Of a DNA stretch of 64,000 bases, positions 58,925 through 64,000 are shown one piece after another (the stretch's first letter is position 1; every line of letters starts with the position of its first letter). The translations under genes were made by a program, and so were the position numbers. This DNA is from the human T2T-CHM13v2.0 reference genome, Homo sapiens. Location of the stretch: NCBI RefSeq assembly GCF_009914755.1, contig NC_060941.1. One strand, 5' to 3'. The notes beneath the pieces were generated by a model. That model saw nothing but the letters and a program-made list of their open reading frames with translations. It did not search any database and was not told the DNA's origin.

Positions 58925-59300
58925 CCTTGAGGCTTTTAAAAGTCTAGGATTCCTTATTAAAAAGTTCCAGCAAAGCCATTTTTTTTAAAAAGGGTCTATA
59001 TGGCCAATCACTATTCTTGTTGCACTTTATGCAAATAATCAGGCCAGATATAATAGGACTAAAAGTTACTTTGCACACAAATTGATTACTACAATTTGTC
59101 TCTGATAGAAATAAGGGACTGAAGAGAAAAATATTATGCTTCTAAAGAAAACTATACCTTGTATCAGATTCCAACCCCGACCACTGTTTTTGAGTTATCG
59201 TCTATAATTCAGACTGAGTCCTGAATTATCTCTAACAGTGGCCTCTAACAAACCTGGATATATATATTTAAAACCTTGTTTTCATGGATCCCATCAGGAA
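58925..59300. mobile_element. Probable MER4-group ERV internal fragment
   Basis: Resembles MER4-int-type sequence (AAAAGTTCCAGCAAAGCC…ATAATCAGGCCAGATATAATAGGACTAAAA) next to the LTR. Confidence 0.45.
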
Positions 59301-60084
59301 TAAGATCTATTTTTGAAGGATTACTTAAACTAGGACTTATACTTCTATACATGCTGAGATTTCTCTTCCTTCTTGTCAAGGTCTGTACCTGCTGTTTGTC
59401 TATTATTTTTATTTTATTTATTTATTTAGAGACAGAGTTTTTGCTCTGTTGCCCAGGCTGGAGTGCAATGGTGCGAGACAGCTGGATCACCTGAGGTCAG
59501 GAGTTCGAGACCAGCCTGGCCAATATGGCGAAACCCCGTCTCTACTAAAATACAAAAATTAGCCAGGCGTGGTGGTGTACGCTGTAATCCCAGCTACTTG
59601 CACAGGAGATTTGTTTGAACCTGCGAGGCGCAGGTTGCAGTGAGCCGAGATCATGCCGCTGCACTCCAGCCTAGGTGACAGAGTGAGACTCCATCTCAAA
59701 AAAAAAAAAAAGAAAAGAAAAATAAAGAAAAGAGAAAGAAAAAAAAGAAGAAGAACAAGAAAAAACAACTTAGGCCAGGTGTGGTGGCTCACACCTGTAA
59801 TCCCAGCATTTTGGGAGGCTGAAGAGAGCAGACAGATTGAGACTGAGCCCATGAGTTCAAGACCAGCCTGGGCAACAGGGCAAAACCATGTCTCTACAAA
59901 AAATACAAACTACCTGGGTGTGGTGGCGTGTGCCTGTAGCCTCAGTTACTCGGGAGGCTGAGGCGGGAGGATTGTTTGAATCAAGGAAACAGAGGTTGCA
60001 GTGAGCTGAGATCGCCCCACTGCACTCCAGTGACAGAATGAGACCCTGTCTACAAATTTAAAAAAAAAAAAAAAGAAAAGAAAC

Positions 60085-61155
<1,071 letters not shown>

Positions 61156-62210
61156 AAACTTTTGGCTTTTAAATTTAGCTGCTGCAGTATTTTATCTTCT
61201 CCTTACCTGTCATATTATTTATTTTCCCTTCTTTCATTACACTTTACTGTCCTTTTAAGCATTTCTGATTTTTTCTTATTTTTCATCTCTTTGTTTCCAA
61301 GTCTTACCTGGGTTCTCTATTAAGACTCTTTTTTCTTTTCCTTTTCAGTTTCTAAGTGGCAGGCAAGGGAGGGTATCAAATAACCAGGAAAGGTTGTATG
61401 TCTTTCTTCTTCCCTTGAGACAAATTTGCTACCACCCTGATGGTTCTCCTTAATAAATTTTCTATCTTCTTCAATATTGATTATCCAACTCCACTCCCAA
61501 ATAAACATATATACTTCCAATCTAGGTAACTCAATTCCCAAAACAAAAAATTTATCTAATGTAACAAACATTACATTGATGAAATGCTGCTGCTTTTTCC
61601 TGTCATTCACTAAACTGTACTTTTATGAGGAGCTTCATAATCTAAAGATTCTTAGGTTTGCCAAAACATCACTAACTCCTGAGCAATTTTTATAAATATT
61701 ATATGGGGGTGGCAGGAGTCACAGGTGAGAGGCTTTACAAGCAATGATCCTAATTAGACTTTAGTAACCTTTCAAGAGAAAGGTTCTCTATGAAATAAAG
61801 CACAATAGACAGACATGAAACATCAGGTTGGTAGTCAGATGTGTGCAGACTTAGGAGTACCATTAAACACACATCTCAACAATCCTAATTCTGTTCTTAG
61901 AATGTCCTGAAGGGGTTCTAAGTATTAAGATGTCATTGAGTTAGCTTTTCACTTGGATTTGAACGTTTTAGAGCATTTAAAAAATTAAGAGGAGAAGACA
62001 AATATAGTCACTATGTTCCTCTATTAAAGTAGTAAGAACTGGCCGGGCATGGTGGCTCACGCCTGTAATCCCAGCACTTTAGGAGGCCGAGGCAGGCGGA
62101 TCACAAGGTCAGGAGTTTGAGACCAGCCTGGCCAACACAGTAAAACCCCATCTCTACTAAACATACAAAAATTAGCTGGGTGTGGTGGCAGGCACCTCTA
62201 ATCACAGCTA

Positions 62211-62399
<189 letters not shown>

Positions 62400-62765
62400 T
62401 TAAATCCCTTCTACCACTCTACATCTAGTATGTCTAAGTATTTGCTATTATTTAGCAACCCTTTAAATTCTATCTTTTTTTTTTTTTTTTTTTTTTTGAG
62501 ATGGAGTCTCACTCTGTCCCCTGGGCTGGAGTGCAGTGGCACAAGCTAGGCTCACTGCAAGCTCCGCCTCCTGGGTTCACGCCATTCTCCTGCCTCAGTC
62601 TCCCGAGTTGCTGGGACTACAGGCACCTGCCACCACGCCTGGCTAATTTTTTTTTTGTATTTTTAGTAGAGACGGGTTTCAATGTGTTAGCCAGGATGGT
62701 CTCCATCTCCTGACCTCGTGATCCGCCTGCCTCAGCCTCCCAAAGTGCTGGGATTACAGGCGTGA

Positions 62766-62952
<187 letters not shown>

Positions 62953-63143
62953 TAGCTGGAATTACCGGCGCGCACCATCATGCCTGGCTAATTTTATTAT
63001 TTTTAGTAGAGATGGGGTTTCACCATGTTCGTCAGGCTGGTTGCAAACTCCTGACCTCATGATCCGCCTGCCTTGGCCTCCCAAAGTACTGGGATTACAG
63101 GTGTGAGCCACAGTGCCCGGCCATCTTTTTGTTTTTTTCTTAA

Positions 63144-63442
<299 letters not shown>

Positions 63443-63484
63443 TAATTATCTTTAGAAACCAAAATAAAAGAATTGGTGGGGTAG

Positions 63485-64000
<516 letters not shown>

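Noticed and set aside
61198-61312. Two consensus-like minus-strand donors (CAG|GTAAGG, CAG|GTAAGA); another in the UTR at ~8221
   Set aside because: No convincing paired acceptor or frame identified

Overview
Human (primate) genomic DNA, very Alu-dense. It holds the 3' part of FBXL20 (SCRAPPER; F-box/LRR substrate receptor of an SCF E3 ligase) on the minus strand. Thirteen coding exons were mapped by hand between 53545 and 11379. All have GT-AG boundaries and consistent phases, and they encode the end of the F-box, the LRR solenoid and the C-terminal CaaX (…CCIIL*). Exon numbers 3-15 assume two upstream coding exons outside the window. A ~8.8 kb 3'UTR with Alus in both orientations runs to an ATTAAA signal at ~2600. 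Introns contain on the order of 100 Alus or Alu fragments, old L1/L2/MIR pieces, MER21- and MER4-group LTR pieces, Tigger4a, and MADE1/MADE2 MITEs. Almost all ORF-track entries are Alu artefacts. I see no clearly new multi-gene system. The most unusual items are an Alu-tail/mRNA-3'-end chimeric retro-insertion (52823-53165), a tail-less Alu fragment between 13-bp direct repeats at a palindrome, spacer-less inverted Alu fusions, phase-compatible exon blocks that would give stop-free circRNA frames, and several candidate cryptic exons.
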